64,000 nt of DNA from an uncultured Planctomycetales bacterium (GCA_964535935.1 CAZHWM010000004.1:47569-111568), one strand, 5' to 3'; positions 48,551 to 58,071 are shown, counted from the first letter of the stretch. Numbers and translations are program-made. Notes: generated by a model from the sequence alone, not told the origin.

Positions 48551-48573
48551 TTATGATGGTGGGGGAGGTATTT

Positions 48574-48897
48574 ATGAAAATATGTGTCACATCAGAAGGA
48601 AATAATTTGGACGCTATGGTTGATCAGCGTTTTGGCAGGTGTGCCTATTTTATTTTTGTTGATACAGATACTATGGAATATGAGTCTGTGGAAAATACTA
48701 ATGTATCAGCAACTGGTGGGGTAGGAATTAAATCTGCCCAGCTTGTGTCTGAGAAGGGGGCTAGTGTGGTATTGACTGGGAAAGTTGGACCCAATGCTGC
48801 TAAGGCATTAGAGGCAGCTGGCATTGAGGTTATCACAGATGTATCTGGTCCGGTGAAAGATGCTATAGAAAGATATAAGGAAGGTAGGGGCGCTTAG
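48574..48897 (+). CDS. Second NifX-like Nitro_FeMo-Co domain protein
   Basis: MKICVTSEG…FGRCAYF…GASVVLTGKVGPNA; ATG at 48574 after GGGGGAGG. Confidence 0.7.
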   Translation: MKICVTSEGNNLDAMVDQRFGRCAYFIFVDTDTMEYESVENTNVSATGGVGIKSAQLVSEKGASVVLTGKVGPNAAKALEAAGIEVITDVSGPVKDAIERYKEGRGA

Positions 48898-49512
48898 TTG
48901 GATAATGAGCTTATTGAGAATTATAATAAATATACTGAAAGATTCTTACTTTTTAAACGCTTTGGTTATGATATAGAGAAGGAACGACAGGTTATTATAG
49001 AAAAGGCATTACCTTTAAACGGAAAGATACTAGAGATAGGCACTGGTAAAGGGTATTTGACTCTACAGTTAGCACAAAATGGTTATAAGTTTGTTTCGAT
49101 AGATATTTCTAAGGAAGAACAGAGATTTGCAAAAATGAGGTTGAGATATTTGGGGTTGGAGAACTATGTAACCTTTTTGGTATCAGATGCAGGAAATACA
49201 GATTTTTCAGATGGGGAGTTTGATGTAATTTTTTCAGTTAACTTAACCCATCATCTTAGTCAACCTTTTAATGTTATAGATGAAATGATAAGGATATTAT
49301 CGCCTTCCGGTAAGATAGTTTTAAGTGATTTTTCTGAAAAAGGCTTTGCCTTGGTGGATAATATTCATAAAAGTGAAGGGCGGGTTCATACAAGATCTCC
49401 TTATGCCCTTAATGAGATAGCAGATTATTTATTGAAAAGGAATTTTAAGATTGAGGAGTATAGAGGTATATTTCAGGATACTTTTATAGCTACAAATAAA
49501 CAGATAAGGTGA
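48898..49512 (+). CDS. Class I SAM-dependent methyltransferase
   Basis: ILEIGTGKGYLTL motif I; likely TTG start abutting the previous stop. Confidence 0.65.
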   Translation: MDNELIENYNKYTERFLLFKRFGYDIEKERQVIIEKALPLNGKILEIGTGKGYLTLQLAQNGYKFVSIDISKEEQRFAKMRLRYLGLENYVTFLVSDAGNTDFSDGEFDVIFSVNLTHHLSQPFNVIDEMIRILSPSGKIVLSDFSEKGFALVDNIHKSEGRVHTRSPYALNEIADYLLKRNFKIEEYRGIFQDTFIATNKQIR

Positions 49513-49516
49513 ATTT

Positions 49517-50374
49517 ATGATTATTTCAATTGCCAGTGGTAAGGGGGGAACAGGAAAGACTACCGTTGCAGTGTCAATGGCGTTGTCTTTGAATAATGTC
49601 CAATTTCTTGATTGCGATGTAGAGGCTCCTAATGCGCATATTTTTTTAAATCCACGTTTTTATAAAAGAACTTCGGGGTATATTACTGTACCGAAAATAG
49701 ATGAAGACAAATGTACTTATTGTGGAAAATGTGCTGAGGCTTGCAATTATAATGCTATTGCTGTAATGAGCAATAATGACAACAGCCGTAGGCGTATTTT
49801 ACATTTTCCTAATCTTTGTCATGGGTGTGGCGTGTGTGGCTACGTTTGTCCTGTAAATGCTATAAAGGATAGTAAAAGAGAGATAGGTATAATAGAAGAA
49901 GGTGGTGTAGGATGTGATATTGAGTTCATTCATGGGGAATTGCATATATCTGAGGCTATAGCATCTGCCTTAATAAGGCAGGTTAAAGACCTTATCAGAA
50001 AAGAAAAGCTGGTTATAATTGATGCTCCACCTGGTACATCTTGTCCTGTTATAAATGCAGTCTCAGGCAGTAATTTTTGTATATTGGTGACTGAACCAAC
50101 TCCCTTTGGTTTTAATGATTTTGTATTGGCCTCAGAATTGATGAGGGAAATGAATATAGCCTTTGGGGCAATTATTAATCGATGTGATTTGGGCGATAAT
50201 AAAGTAGAGGAATATTGCAGAAAAGAGGATATTCCTATATTGTTGAAGATACCCTTTGGGAAGGATATAGCAGCTGCCTATTCAAAGGGGGAGCCTCTTG
50301 TAAAGATACTGCCAGAATATAAACAGATATTTAGGGATATCTTTTACAAAATAGAAAGGATTTGCAAAGCGTGA
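49517..50374 (+). CDS. MinD/Mrp-type P-loop ATPase with an inserted 2x[4Fe-4S] ferredoxin domain
   Basis: Deviant Walker A SGKGGTGKTT, CxxCxxCxxxCN and CHGCGVCGYVCP ferredoxin motifs. Confidence 0.8.
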   Translation: MIISIASGKGGTGKTTVAVSMALSLNNVQFLDCDVEAPNAHIFLNPRFYKRTSGYITVPKIDEDKCTYCGKCAEACNYNAIAVMSNNDNSRRRILHFPNLCHGCGVCGYVCPVNAIKDSKREIGIIEEGGVGCDIEFIHGELHISEAIASALIRQVKDLIRKEKLVIIDAPPGTSCPVINAVSGSNFCILVTEPTPFGFNDFVLASELMREMNIAFGAIINRCDLGDNKVEEYCRKEDIPILLKIPFGKDIAAAYSKGEPLVKILPEYKQIFRDIFYKIERICKA

Positions 50375-51234
50375 GGCAGGTTATTATACTTAGTGGCAAG
50401 GGGGGGACAGGTAAGACTGTTATAACAGCTGCTTTTGCCTATCTAGTACATAATAAGGTATTGGCAGATTGTGATGTAGATGCGGCCAATATGCACATAC
50501 TTTTATCCCCAGAAATAAAAGAACGGTATGTTTTTCATGGGGGACAGCGTGCTTTTATTGACAGTTCAAAATGTCTAAGATGTGGTAGGTGTAGGCAGTA
50601 TTGTCGTTTTACTGCTATTAACGATAATTTTTTAGTGGATGGTAGTATGTGTGAGGGGTGTGGGTTTTGTAAATTAGTATGTCCTGCAGAGGCTGTATCT
50701 ATGAAAGAGGTAATATCTGGAGAATGGTTTGTATCATCAACTAGATATGGGAAGATGGTTCATGCCCGGCTCGGTATAGCAGAGGAGAATTCGGGGAAAT
50801 TGGTTGCTTTGGTGAGAAAGAAGGCTAAACAGATAGCAGAGGAAGATAATTGCGATTGGGTTATTATAGATGGTCCACCTGGGATAGGGTGTCCTGTAAT
50901 ATCTTCTTTATCAGGAGTAGATTATGCATTGGTTGTAACAGAGCCCACCCTTTCAGGGTTGCATGATGCGGATAGGGTTATAAAAGTTGCTAGGCATTTT
51001 GGTATATCTGTAGGTGTTGTTATTAACAAATATGATTTGAATAAAGAAATGGCAGATAAAATAGAACGCTATTGTGATCAGAACAATGTGGCCTTTTTAG
51101 GTAGAATAGCATTTGATAGGGCTGTTGTGGATGCTGTTGTCTCTGGTAAAACTATAATGGAAGTCTCAGGTCTTGATGCTTCTTATGAGATTACCTGTAT
51201 TTGGGATAAAATAACCCAGGGATTGTCTAATTAA
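50362..51234 (+). CDS. Second MinD/Mrp-type P-loop ATPase with a ferredoxin-like Cys-rich insert
   Basis: SGKGGTGKTV, CLRCGRCRQYC / CEGCGFCKLVCP; non-ATG start (TTG 50362 or GTG 50371); overlaps the upstream gene. Confidence 0.75.
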   Translation: MQSVRQVIILSGKGGTGKTVITAAFAYLVHNKVLADCDVDAANMHILLSPEIKERYVFHGGQRAFIDSSKCLRCGRCRQYCRFTAINDNFLVDGSMCEGCGFCKLVCPAEAVSMKEVISGEWFVSSTRYGKMVHARLGIAEENSGKLVALVRKKAKQIAEEDNCDWVIIDGPPGIGCPVISSLSGVDYALVVTEPTLSGLHDADRVIKVARHFGISVGVVINKYDLNKEMADKIERYCDQNNVAFLGRIAFDRAVVDAVVSGKTIMEVSGLDASYEITCIWDKITQGLSN

Positions 51235-51269
51235 TATATAAAATTTATAGAATGAGAGGTTTTGTATAT

Positions 51270-52142
51270 ATGAGGACATATCTTGAATGTATTCCATGCT
51301 TTTTAAGGCAAGTGTTGGAGATTGGTAGGTTGATTACATCTGATGAAACGGTGCATAAGTCTTTGATTGATGAAGCCTGTATGCTTGTTCCGGAGATTTC
51401 TATGAATATGCCTCCGCCTGAGATAGCCCCACGTATTTATAGTATGATTAAGGCTAAATGTGGAGATAGAGATTTTTATCGGGATATAAAGGAAAAAAGC
51501 AATAGAATGGCATTAAATCTTTATCCAAAATTAAAGAGAAAGATTGAGGCATCTGATGATAGACTTCTTACAGCTTTAGAGTTAGCTATAATGGGTAATA
51601 TAATAGACTATGCAGCTAAAAATACATTAGATATCGATTCAGAGATAGAAAAGTTGTTTAATGGCGAATTAGACAGTATTAAGAAGACAACGTTTCATTA
51701 TGATTTATTTAGGGAGGATTTAAGTAAGGCTAAAATAGTATTGTATTTAGGAGATAACGCAGGAGAAGTAGTTTTTGATAGGGCTTTTATAGAGGAGTTT
51801 TATAAGGAGAAGGAGGTTTTCTTTGCAGTTAGAGGATCTGCAGTAATCAATGATGTATTGATAGAGGATGCACATGTAGCCGGTATTGATAAAGTGGCAA
51901 AGGTTATTTCAAGCGGTGTGGATACTCCTGGGCTTGTTTTGAATAGATGTTCAGAGGATTTTTTACAGATTTTCAGAGAAGCAGATATTATTATCAGTAA
52001 AGGGCAGGGAAATTATGAGGCATTAGATGGTGTTGATACTGATAGACGGATATATTTTCTTTTCAGAGTTAAATGTCCGGTGATTGCCAAACATGCAGGG
52101 GTTAGTTTAGGAGAGATAGCCTTGCTTAAAGGTGATAGATAA
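51270..52142 (+). CDS. DUF89 family (ARMT1-like damage-control phosphatase / metal-dependent sugar phosphatase) protein
   Basis: N-terminal YLECIPCFLRQ motif and overall DUF89 architecture; the alternative start is 51252. Confidence 0.6.
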   Translation: MRTYLECIPCFLRQVLEIGRLITSDETVHKSLIDEACMLVPEISMNMPPPEIAPRIYSMIKAKCGDRDFYRDIKEKSNRMALNLYPKLKRKIEASDDRLLTALELAIMGNIIDYAAKNTLDIDSEIEKLFNGELDSIKKTTFHYDLFREDLSKAKIVLYLGDNAGEVVFDRAFIEEFYKEKEVFFAVRGSAVINDVLIEDAHVAGIDKVAKVISSGVDTPGLVLNRCSEDFLQIFREADIIISKGQGNYEALDGVDTDRRIYFLFRVKCPVIAKHAGVSLGEIALLKGDR

Positions 52143-52159
52143 GGAGGGATAAGTTGTAA

Positions 52160-52879
52160 ATGAAGATAACAGTATTATTTAATAGTAGAGCTGTTAGTAG
52201 TAGCTTACAGGTAGGATGGGGATTTTCTGCTCTTATTGGAGATAATATTATTTTTGATACAGGAGAGAAGGGAGAGTTTTTATTTCATAATATTAATGCA
52301 TTAGAGATAGATTTAAATATAATTACTACTGCTGTTATATCACATGAGCATTGGGATCATACCGGAGGCTTATGGCAGTTACTTGACTATAGAAAGGATA
52401 TAGATGTATACGCCTGTCCGGGTTTTAGTGATGAGTTTAAAAATAATGTTCGTCTACATGGTGGGAGACTTTTTGAAATGGAGAGTTTTTATGAGATAAC
52501 TCAGGACATCTGGGTTACTGGAGAAATCCCCGCTGTATATAAACGGGAAAAGACCCCAGAACAGGCCTTGATTATAGACACTGAAAGAGGGCTTATTGTG
52601 ATAACAGGATGTGCGCATCCAGGTATTATTAATATGCTGAATATTATCTCTGAACACTTTCAAGGTAGGCCGTTATATGCTGTTGTGGGAGGATTTCATT
52701 TGCTAAACAAGCCAGCATCTGTTTTTAATCTAATCGTAGAGACGTTTAAAGATATGGGGATAAAGAAGGTAGGGCCTACGCATTGTACAGGAAGTGAAGC
52801 AGAGAATGTATTTAGACAAGTTTACAGAGAAGATTTTTTTAATATGAGTGTTGGTACGGTGTTGAATATTGGTTATTAG
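52160..52879 (+). CDS. MBL-fold metallo-hydrolase
   Basis: HEHWDHTGG motif; 239 aa. Confidence 0.7.
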   Translation: MKITVLFNSRAVSSSLQVGWGFSALIGDNIIFDTGEKGEFLFHNINALEIDLNIITTAVISHEHWDHTGGLWQLLDYRKDIDVYACPGFSDEFKNNVRLHGGRLFEMESFYEITQDIWVTGEIPAVYKREKTPEQALIIDTERGLIVITGCAHPGIINMLNIISEHFQGRPLYAVVGGFHLLNKPASVFNLIVETFKDMGIKKVGPTHCTGSEAENVFRQVYREDFFNMSVGTVLNIGY

Positions 52880-52937
52880 TTTTGTAATAATCTGAGTTCT
52901 TTATAATTTTTAATTTAAAATATCTTTAGCTGTGGTC

Positions 52938-52966
52938 TTGACAAAATATATTTTTTTTGGTATATA
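52938..52966 (+). promoter_or_regulatory. sigma70-type promoter candidate (TTGACA, 17 nt, TATATA) with a ~210-nt leader before the MIPS gene
   Basis: -35 TTGACA at 52938-52943, -10 TATATA at 52961-52966. Confidence 0.35.
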
Positions 52967-53179
52967 TTAGCAGTCTAGCTTTAGGAGTGCTAAAATTATA
53001 TTAATTAAGCAGGGAATTCAAAATAATTATAATTTTCTTTGAGTGCTTATCATATAATTACTCATCTTTAAAAATATATTTAAGGATTATTTTTTCTTAA
53101 ATATTTTACCTCTATTTTATTATAACTCTTAAATTTTTGTTTGTTTTTATTTATATCTTTAAAAAGGAGGTGTATTATT

Positions 53180-54283
53180 ATGGATGCTGTTAAGGTGTTT
53201 ATTATTGGTATAGGAAACTGTGCCAGTTCTTTAATCCAAGGAATTCATTATTATAAGAACAAATCTGCAAATGATGCAATAGGGCTAATGCATTGGAAGA
53301 TAGGTAACTATTTGCCTTCTGATATTCAGGTAGTAGGTGCATTTGATATTGATAAGAGAAAAGTGGGTAAAGATGTGCACGAAGCGATATTTTCTTTGCC
53401 CAACTGTACGGCTGTATTTTGTCCTAATATCCCTCCTTCAGGAGTAACGGTGCATATGGGTAGAATTTTAGATGGTTTTTCTGAACATATGAAAAATTAT
53501 AATGAGAAAAATACATTTGTTTTGGCAGAGAAAGCAGAGCCTAATAAAGATGAGGTCGTACGTCTCTTGAAAGACAGTCAGGCAGATATGGTACTGAATT
53601 ATCTGCCTGTTGGATCAGAAGAGGCTACTAAATTTTATGCTGAATGTGCATTGGAGGCAGGTGTGGCATTTATTAATAATATACCAGTCTTTATTGCAAG
53701 TGATCCTATATGGGCCAAACGGTTTAAGGAGAAGAATATCCCTATAGTAGGTGATGACATTAAAGCTCAACTTGGTGCTACTATTACACATAGGACACTT
53801 ACTGATTTATTTAAGAAACGAGGTGTAAAACTGGATAGAACCTATCAGCTTAATACTGGGGGAAATACTGATTTTCTTAATATGCTTAATCACAGCAGAT
53901 TGGCATCTAAAAAGGAATCTAAGACTGAGGCAGTGCAGTCTGTTGCTGCTGAACGTTTAGATGAGGAGAATATTCATGTTGGTCCAAGCGATTATGTCCC
54001 ATGGCAAAAGGATAATAAGGTATGCTTTCTACGTATGGAAGGAAGGTTATTTGGAGACGTACCTATGAATTTGGAATTACGGTTATCTGTTGAGGATTCG
54101 CCAAATTCTGCAGGAGTGGCTATTGATGCTATACGATGTACAAAACTTGCGCTTGAGCGTGGGATAGCTGGTGTATTGGAAGCTCCTTCTGCTTATTTTT
54201 GTAAGCATCCGCCAAAACAATATCCTGATGATGAGGCATTTCGTAGGGTAGAGGCATTTATATCAGGAGGAGATAGTGAGTAA
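53180..54283 (+). CDS. myo-Inositol-1-phosphate synthase (archaeal/bacterial type)
   Basis: IIGIGNCASSLIQGIHYY N-terminal NAD-binding motif and overall MIPS architecture; ATG at 53180 after AAGGAGG. Confidence 0.8.
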   Translation: MDAVKVFIIGIGNCASSLIQGIHYYKNKSANDAIGLMHWKIGNYLPSDIQVVGAFDIDKRKVGKDVHEAIFSLPNCTAVFCPNIPPSGVTVHMGRILDGFSEHMKNYNEKNTFVLAEKAEPNKDEVVRLLKDSQADMVLNYLPVGSEEATKFYAECALEAGVAFINNIPVFIASDPIWAKRFKEKNIPIVGDDIKAQLGATITHRTLTDLFKKRGVKLDRTYQLNTGGNTDFLNMLNHSRLASKKESKTEAVQSVAAERLDEENIHVGPSDYVPWQKDNKVCFLRMEGRLFGDVPMNLELRLSVEDSPNSAGVAIDAIRCTKLALERGIAGVLEAPSAYFCKHPPKQYPDDEAFRRVEAFISGGDSE

Positions 54284-55604
54284 ACTGAAATGCCTCATTA
54301 TTGCTGCTGGCCGAGGCAGCAGGCTTAAACAGGAATGTGATTGTAAACCTTTATACCCTTTGGCAGGTATCCCGTTAATTGAGCGTAGTATAAGATCTGC
54401 CATGGAGGCAGGTGCTGATGATTTTTATGTAGTGGTAGGATACAAGGCTGATGAGGTAAGTAGTTTTTTATCTGTCTTGGCTAGCAGGTTAGGTATTAAT
54501 ATTACTACCATTTATAATGAAGAATGGGCAAGTAGGGAAAACGGCTTCTCAGTACTTAAGGCTCAGAGATATCTGGGGGAGCCGTTTCTCCTTCTTATGT
54601 CCGATCATCTTTTTGCTCCTTCTATTGCCTCAGCTGTTGTTTCGTGTGGGGTATGTAAGGATGAAATAGCATTAGCAGTTGATAGGGATATAGATAATCC
54701 TAATATAGATATAAATGATGTTACTAAGGTTAATGTATGCTCAGGTAAGGTTAAGGCTATAGGTAAGGATTTGATTGAGTATAATGGGTTTGATACAGGG
54801 GTTTTTTATTGTTTTCCTGCTATATTTAGTGCTTTGCATAAGGCAGTATCTTTATCTGATAGTTCTTTGTCAGCTGCAGTAAAACTGATGGCAGATAATG
54901 CTAAGGTAAAGGCAGTAGATGTTAGTGGTTCTTTTTGGATTGATGTAGATGACTCCAATAGTGTTAGAAAGGCAGTTTCTGGATTGTTAATTAATTGTGC
55001 AGGTAAAGGAAATGATGGGCCTGTTTCTAAATGGTTAAACAGACCGTTATCTAGACGAATTTCGTCTATACTCATAAATTACCCTGTTACACCTAATCAT
55101 ATAAGTGTATTTTCGTTTGCTATTTCTGTTATTGCTGCCTTATTGTTTATGTTAAATGGATATATTTCATTGCTGATAGGTGGCATTTTAGCCCAGTTTG
55201 CATCTATTGTGGATGGTTGTGATGGTGAGATAGCACGTATAAAATTTATGCGAAGTTGCTACGGTGGATGGCTTGATGCGGTTTTAGATCGTTATGCAGA
55301 TGCATTGTTGTTGTTTGGATTGATGTGGCATGAATGGAAGAGATCAGGTATGGAGATAGTTTTATTAGTAGGTTTTGCTGCAGTTATTGGTTCATTTATG
55401 CTTAGCTATACTGCAGACAAATATGACGGGCTTATGAGAGATAAGTTTTCTCCTTCTGTTTCCGGTTTAAGGCTGGGACGCGATGTGCGTGTTTTTTTGA
55501 TATTTCTTGCAGCATTGTTTAATAAATCATATTGGGCATTGATTATAATAGCAGTGATAATGAATTTAGAAACAGTACGTAGGATGATTGTATGCCGTAA
55601 ATAA
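54276..55604 (+). CDS. Bifunctional CTP:inositol-1-phosphate cytidylyltransferase / di-myo-inositol-1,3'-phosphate-1'-phosphate synthase (IPCT/DIPPS)
   Basis: N-terminal nucleotidyltransferase (IIAAGRGSRL) fused to a C-terminal membrane CDP-alcohol phosphatidyltransferase domain with DGxDGxxAR…G…D…D; lies next to MIPS. Confidence 0.7.
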   Translation: MSKLKCLIIAAGRGSRLKQECDCKPLYPLAGIPLIERSIRSAMEAGADDFYVVVGYKADEVSSFLSVLASRLGINITTIYNEEWASRENGFSVLKAQRYLGEPFLLLMSDHLFAPSIASAVVSCGVCKDEIALAVDRDIDNPNIDINDVTKVNVCSGKVKAIGKDLIEYNGFDTGVFYCFPAIFSALHKAVSLSDSSLSAAVKLMADNAKVKAVDVSGSFWIDVDDSNSVRKAVSGLLINCAGKGNDGPVSKWLNRPLSRRISSILINYPVTPNHISVFSFAISVIAALLFMLNGYISLLIGGILAQFASIVDGCDGEIARIKFMRSCYGGWLDAVLDRYADALLLFGLMWHEWKRSGMEIVLLVGFAAVIGSFMLSYTADKYDGLMRDKFSPSVSGLRLGRDVRVFLIFLAALFNKSYWALIIIAVIMNLETVRRMIVCRK

Positions 55605-55675
55605 TACTAAATTAGATATTGATATTGGGGATTTGACAGGACTAAAGTTTAATGTTAATCAAAGGGGGGATAAGC

Positions 55676-57523
55676 ATGGGTGATAAAAGAAAAGAGACAT
55701 TTGAGTATAAGGCAGAAATGAAGCAGTTGCTTCATTTGATTATACATTCCTTATATACACATCCGGAGATATTTTTAAGGGAATTGATATCCAATGCATC
55801 TGATGCCTTGCATAAGGTTCGTTATCTACAGTTAACTAATAGCGATATTATCGATAAAGACAAGGACTTAGAGATAAAGATTAAGGTAGATGAGACAAGT
55901 AGAGAGTTTTCCATAGAGGATAATGGTATAGGCATGACAAGAGATGATCTTCTTCAGGGAATAGGTACGATCGCCCGTTCAGGGACATTAGAATTTCTGG
56001 AAAAGATGAAAAAGGAGAATAAAAATGTGGGAGAGCTTATAGGTCAGTTTGGTGTGGGGTTTTATTCGGTATTTATGGTGACTGATAAGGTTGTTGTTGA
56101 AACAAGACATGCGGATAGTAATTCAAAAGGGTTCCGGTGGGTATCTTCAGGAGAAGGTAATTTTACTATAGAAGAGATTGATAAACCATCGCGAGGTACA
56201 ATTATATCTTTTAAGTTAAAGGAATCTGCTAAGGAGTTTGCTAGAGAATCTAGAATAAAAGAGATTATAAAGAAGTACTCCAACTTCGCTGATTTTCCTA
56301 TATATGTAGGTAAAGAAAGGGTCAATACTATTGAACCGTTATGGAGGAAGAACTCATCTGAACTTAAACCTGATGAGCTGAATGAGTTTTATAAATTTAT
56401 TACGAATGATTATGAGGAGCCTTTAGCATATCTACCCTTGTCAATTGAAAGTGTTGGTGCGGAGTTTAAGGCCTTGTTGTTTATTCCTAGAAAGGCTCCA
56501 TTTGAATTGATGCGTCTATCCCAGCATAAGACATTACAGTTATATAGTAATAAGATTCTTATAATGGATGACTGTAAAGATCTTTTACCTGAGTACTTGC
56601 ATTTTATACGTGGGGTTGTGGATACTAACGATATCCCTTTGAATGTCTCACGGGAGATGATTCAGTCATCTGATGTTATTGGTAAAATTAAAACCACATT
56701 GACAGGTAAGATACTTCAATGGTTACAGAGGATGGCTAATAAGGAGAAAGAAAAATATCTTTTGTTTTATAGAAGATTCTCTCCATTGTTTAAGACAGGT
56801 GTTAACTCTGATCTTGCAAATAGACAGAAGCTTATAGATCTCCTTAGGTTTGAAAGTTCTAAATTAAAACGGGCTGAGATGACATCATTTAAGGAATATG
56901 TAGGAAGGATGAATGAAAAGCAGAAGGAAATATATTATTTGTCAGGCGATAGTAGGGAACAGGTAGAAGCTAATCCTAATTTGGAATATTTTAAAAAGCA
57001 TGATATAGAGGTGTTGTTCCTTCTTGAGCCAGTAGATGTTTTTGTGGTTCCATCTATAGGAGAGTATGATAAGAAACCAATAAAGGCTATTGATAAGGAT
57101 GATCTTGATCTTAGTGCATATGGGGAAGATAAACAGCAAGAGGATAATCTTTCTAAGTCTCTTATAGGGTTATTTAAGGATACATTAAGAGATAGGGTTG
57201 AAGATGTGAGGATTTCTCATAGATTGGTTGATTCGGCAGTAGCATTATTAACATCAAAGGCAGGGATGGATAGACAGATGGAACGTGTGATGAGGATGAT
57301 GGGGCAGGATGTTCAGTCATCAAAGAGGGTTATGGAGGTTAATATAAATCATCCTGTAATAAAAAATTTATCAAAAAGGTATCTTGCAAATGCCTCAGAT
57401 CCTTTTATCAAGAAATGTATTATCCAGTTATATGAGAGTGCACAGCTAATGGATGGTGAATTGCCTTCTCGTGCGGATTATGTGAAACGTATGATGGAAA
57501 TTATGGAGGAGGCAACTAAATAA
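55676..57523 (+). CDS. htpG: Molecular chaperone HtpG (Hsp90)
   Basis: ELISNASDAL, GQFGVGFYS motifs; ATG at 55676 after GGGGGG. Confidence 0.9.
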   Translation: MGDKRKETFEYKAEMKQLLHLIIHSLYTHPEIFLRELISNASDALHKVRYLQLTNSDIIDKDKDLEIKIKVDETSREFSIEDNGIGMTRDDLLQGIGTIARSGTLEFLEKMKKENKNVGELIGQFGVGFYSVFMVTDKVVVETRHADSNSKGFRWVSSGEGNFTIEEIDKPSRGTIISFKLKESAKEFARESRIKEIIKKYSNFADFPIYVGKERVNTIEPLWRKNSSELKPDELNEFYKFITNDYEEPLAYLPLSIESVGAEFKALLFIPRKAPFELMRLSQHKTLQLYSNKILIMDDCKDLLPEYLHFIRGVVDTNDIPLNVSREMIQSSDVIGKIKTTLTGKILQWLQRMANKEKEKYLLFYRRFSPLFKTGVNSDLANRQKLIDLLRFESSKLKRAEMTSFKEYVGRMNEKQKEIYYLSGDSREQVEANPNLEYFKKHDIEVLFLLEPVDVFVVPSIGEYDKKPIKAIDKDDLDLSAYGEDKQQEDNLSKSLIGLFKDTLRDRVEDVRISHRLVDSAVALLTSKAGMDRQMERVMRMMGQDVQSSKRVMEVNINHPVIKNLSKRYLANASDPFIKKCIIQLYESAQLMDGELPSRADYVKRMMEIMEEATK

Positions 57524-57549
57524 CAAAATGTGTATAAGATAGAATAAGA

Positions 57550-57594
57550 GGGCATAGCTTTTTTAAGTATAAATATGATATTTAAGCTATGCCC
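57550..57594. terminator. Hairpin (11-bp stem GGGCATAGCTT/AAGCTATGCCC, 23-nt loop); candidate bidirectional terminator
   Basis: Between htpG (+) and the convergent ferredoxin gene (-); flanked by A/T-rich runs. Confidence 0.45.
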
Positions 57595-57644
57595 TTTAGA
57601 TATGGAATGTTTTTTGTTATATCAATAATTTTGTGTGGATGTTA

Positions 57645-57815
57645 TTATTCTTGAATTATGGCCTCTACAGGGCATACTGCAGCACATGCTCCGCAGTCAG
57701 TGCAGAGATCAGGATCGATAACATAAATAGGATCGCCTTCGCTGATAGCTTCTACAGGACATTCTGGTTTGCATGTCCCGCATGCTGTACATTGGTCTGT
57801 AATTTTGTATGCCAT
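57645..57815 (-). CDS. 2x[4Fe-4S] ferredoxin (56 aa), not in the ORF track
   Basis: Manual minus-strand translation MAYKITDQCTACGTCKPECPVEAISEGDPIYVIDPDLCTDCGACAAVCPVEAIIQE; two CxxCxxCxxxCP motifs; AGGAG RBS 8 nt upstream. Confidence 0.8.
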   Translation of the reverse strand: MAYKITDQCTACGTCKPECPVEAISEGDPIYVIDPDLCTDCGACAAVCPVEAIIQE

Positions 57816-58071
57816 AATATTACTCCTTTTTTAGTATATTTATATTTAGTTAAAACTTAATTTATTTTTTTACGGGTTGTATTTTGTCACATATCTCATG
57901 TTTAATTAATCTTACTACAAAAAAATAATATGACAATATAATTTTGATAATAATTTTTTTTGTTTGATAAAATTTCACTTTAACGGAAAGCTACTCTACA
58001 GTATAATAAAAAATTAATATAATCTTTTAATAAATATAAATTTTATAGGAGTATGTAAGAAAGAGGGTTGT

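Noticed and set aside
57633-57860. 75-aa Cys-rich plus-strand ORF
   Set aside because: It overlaps the well-formed minus-strand ferredoxin gene completely and has no RBS. Its cysteines are the complement-frame echo of the ferredoxin Cys codons.
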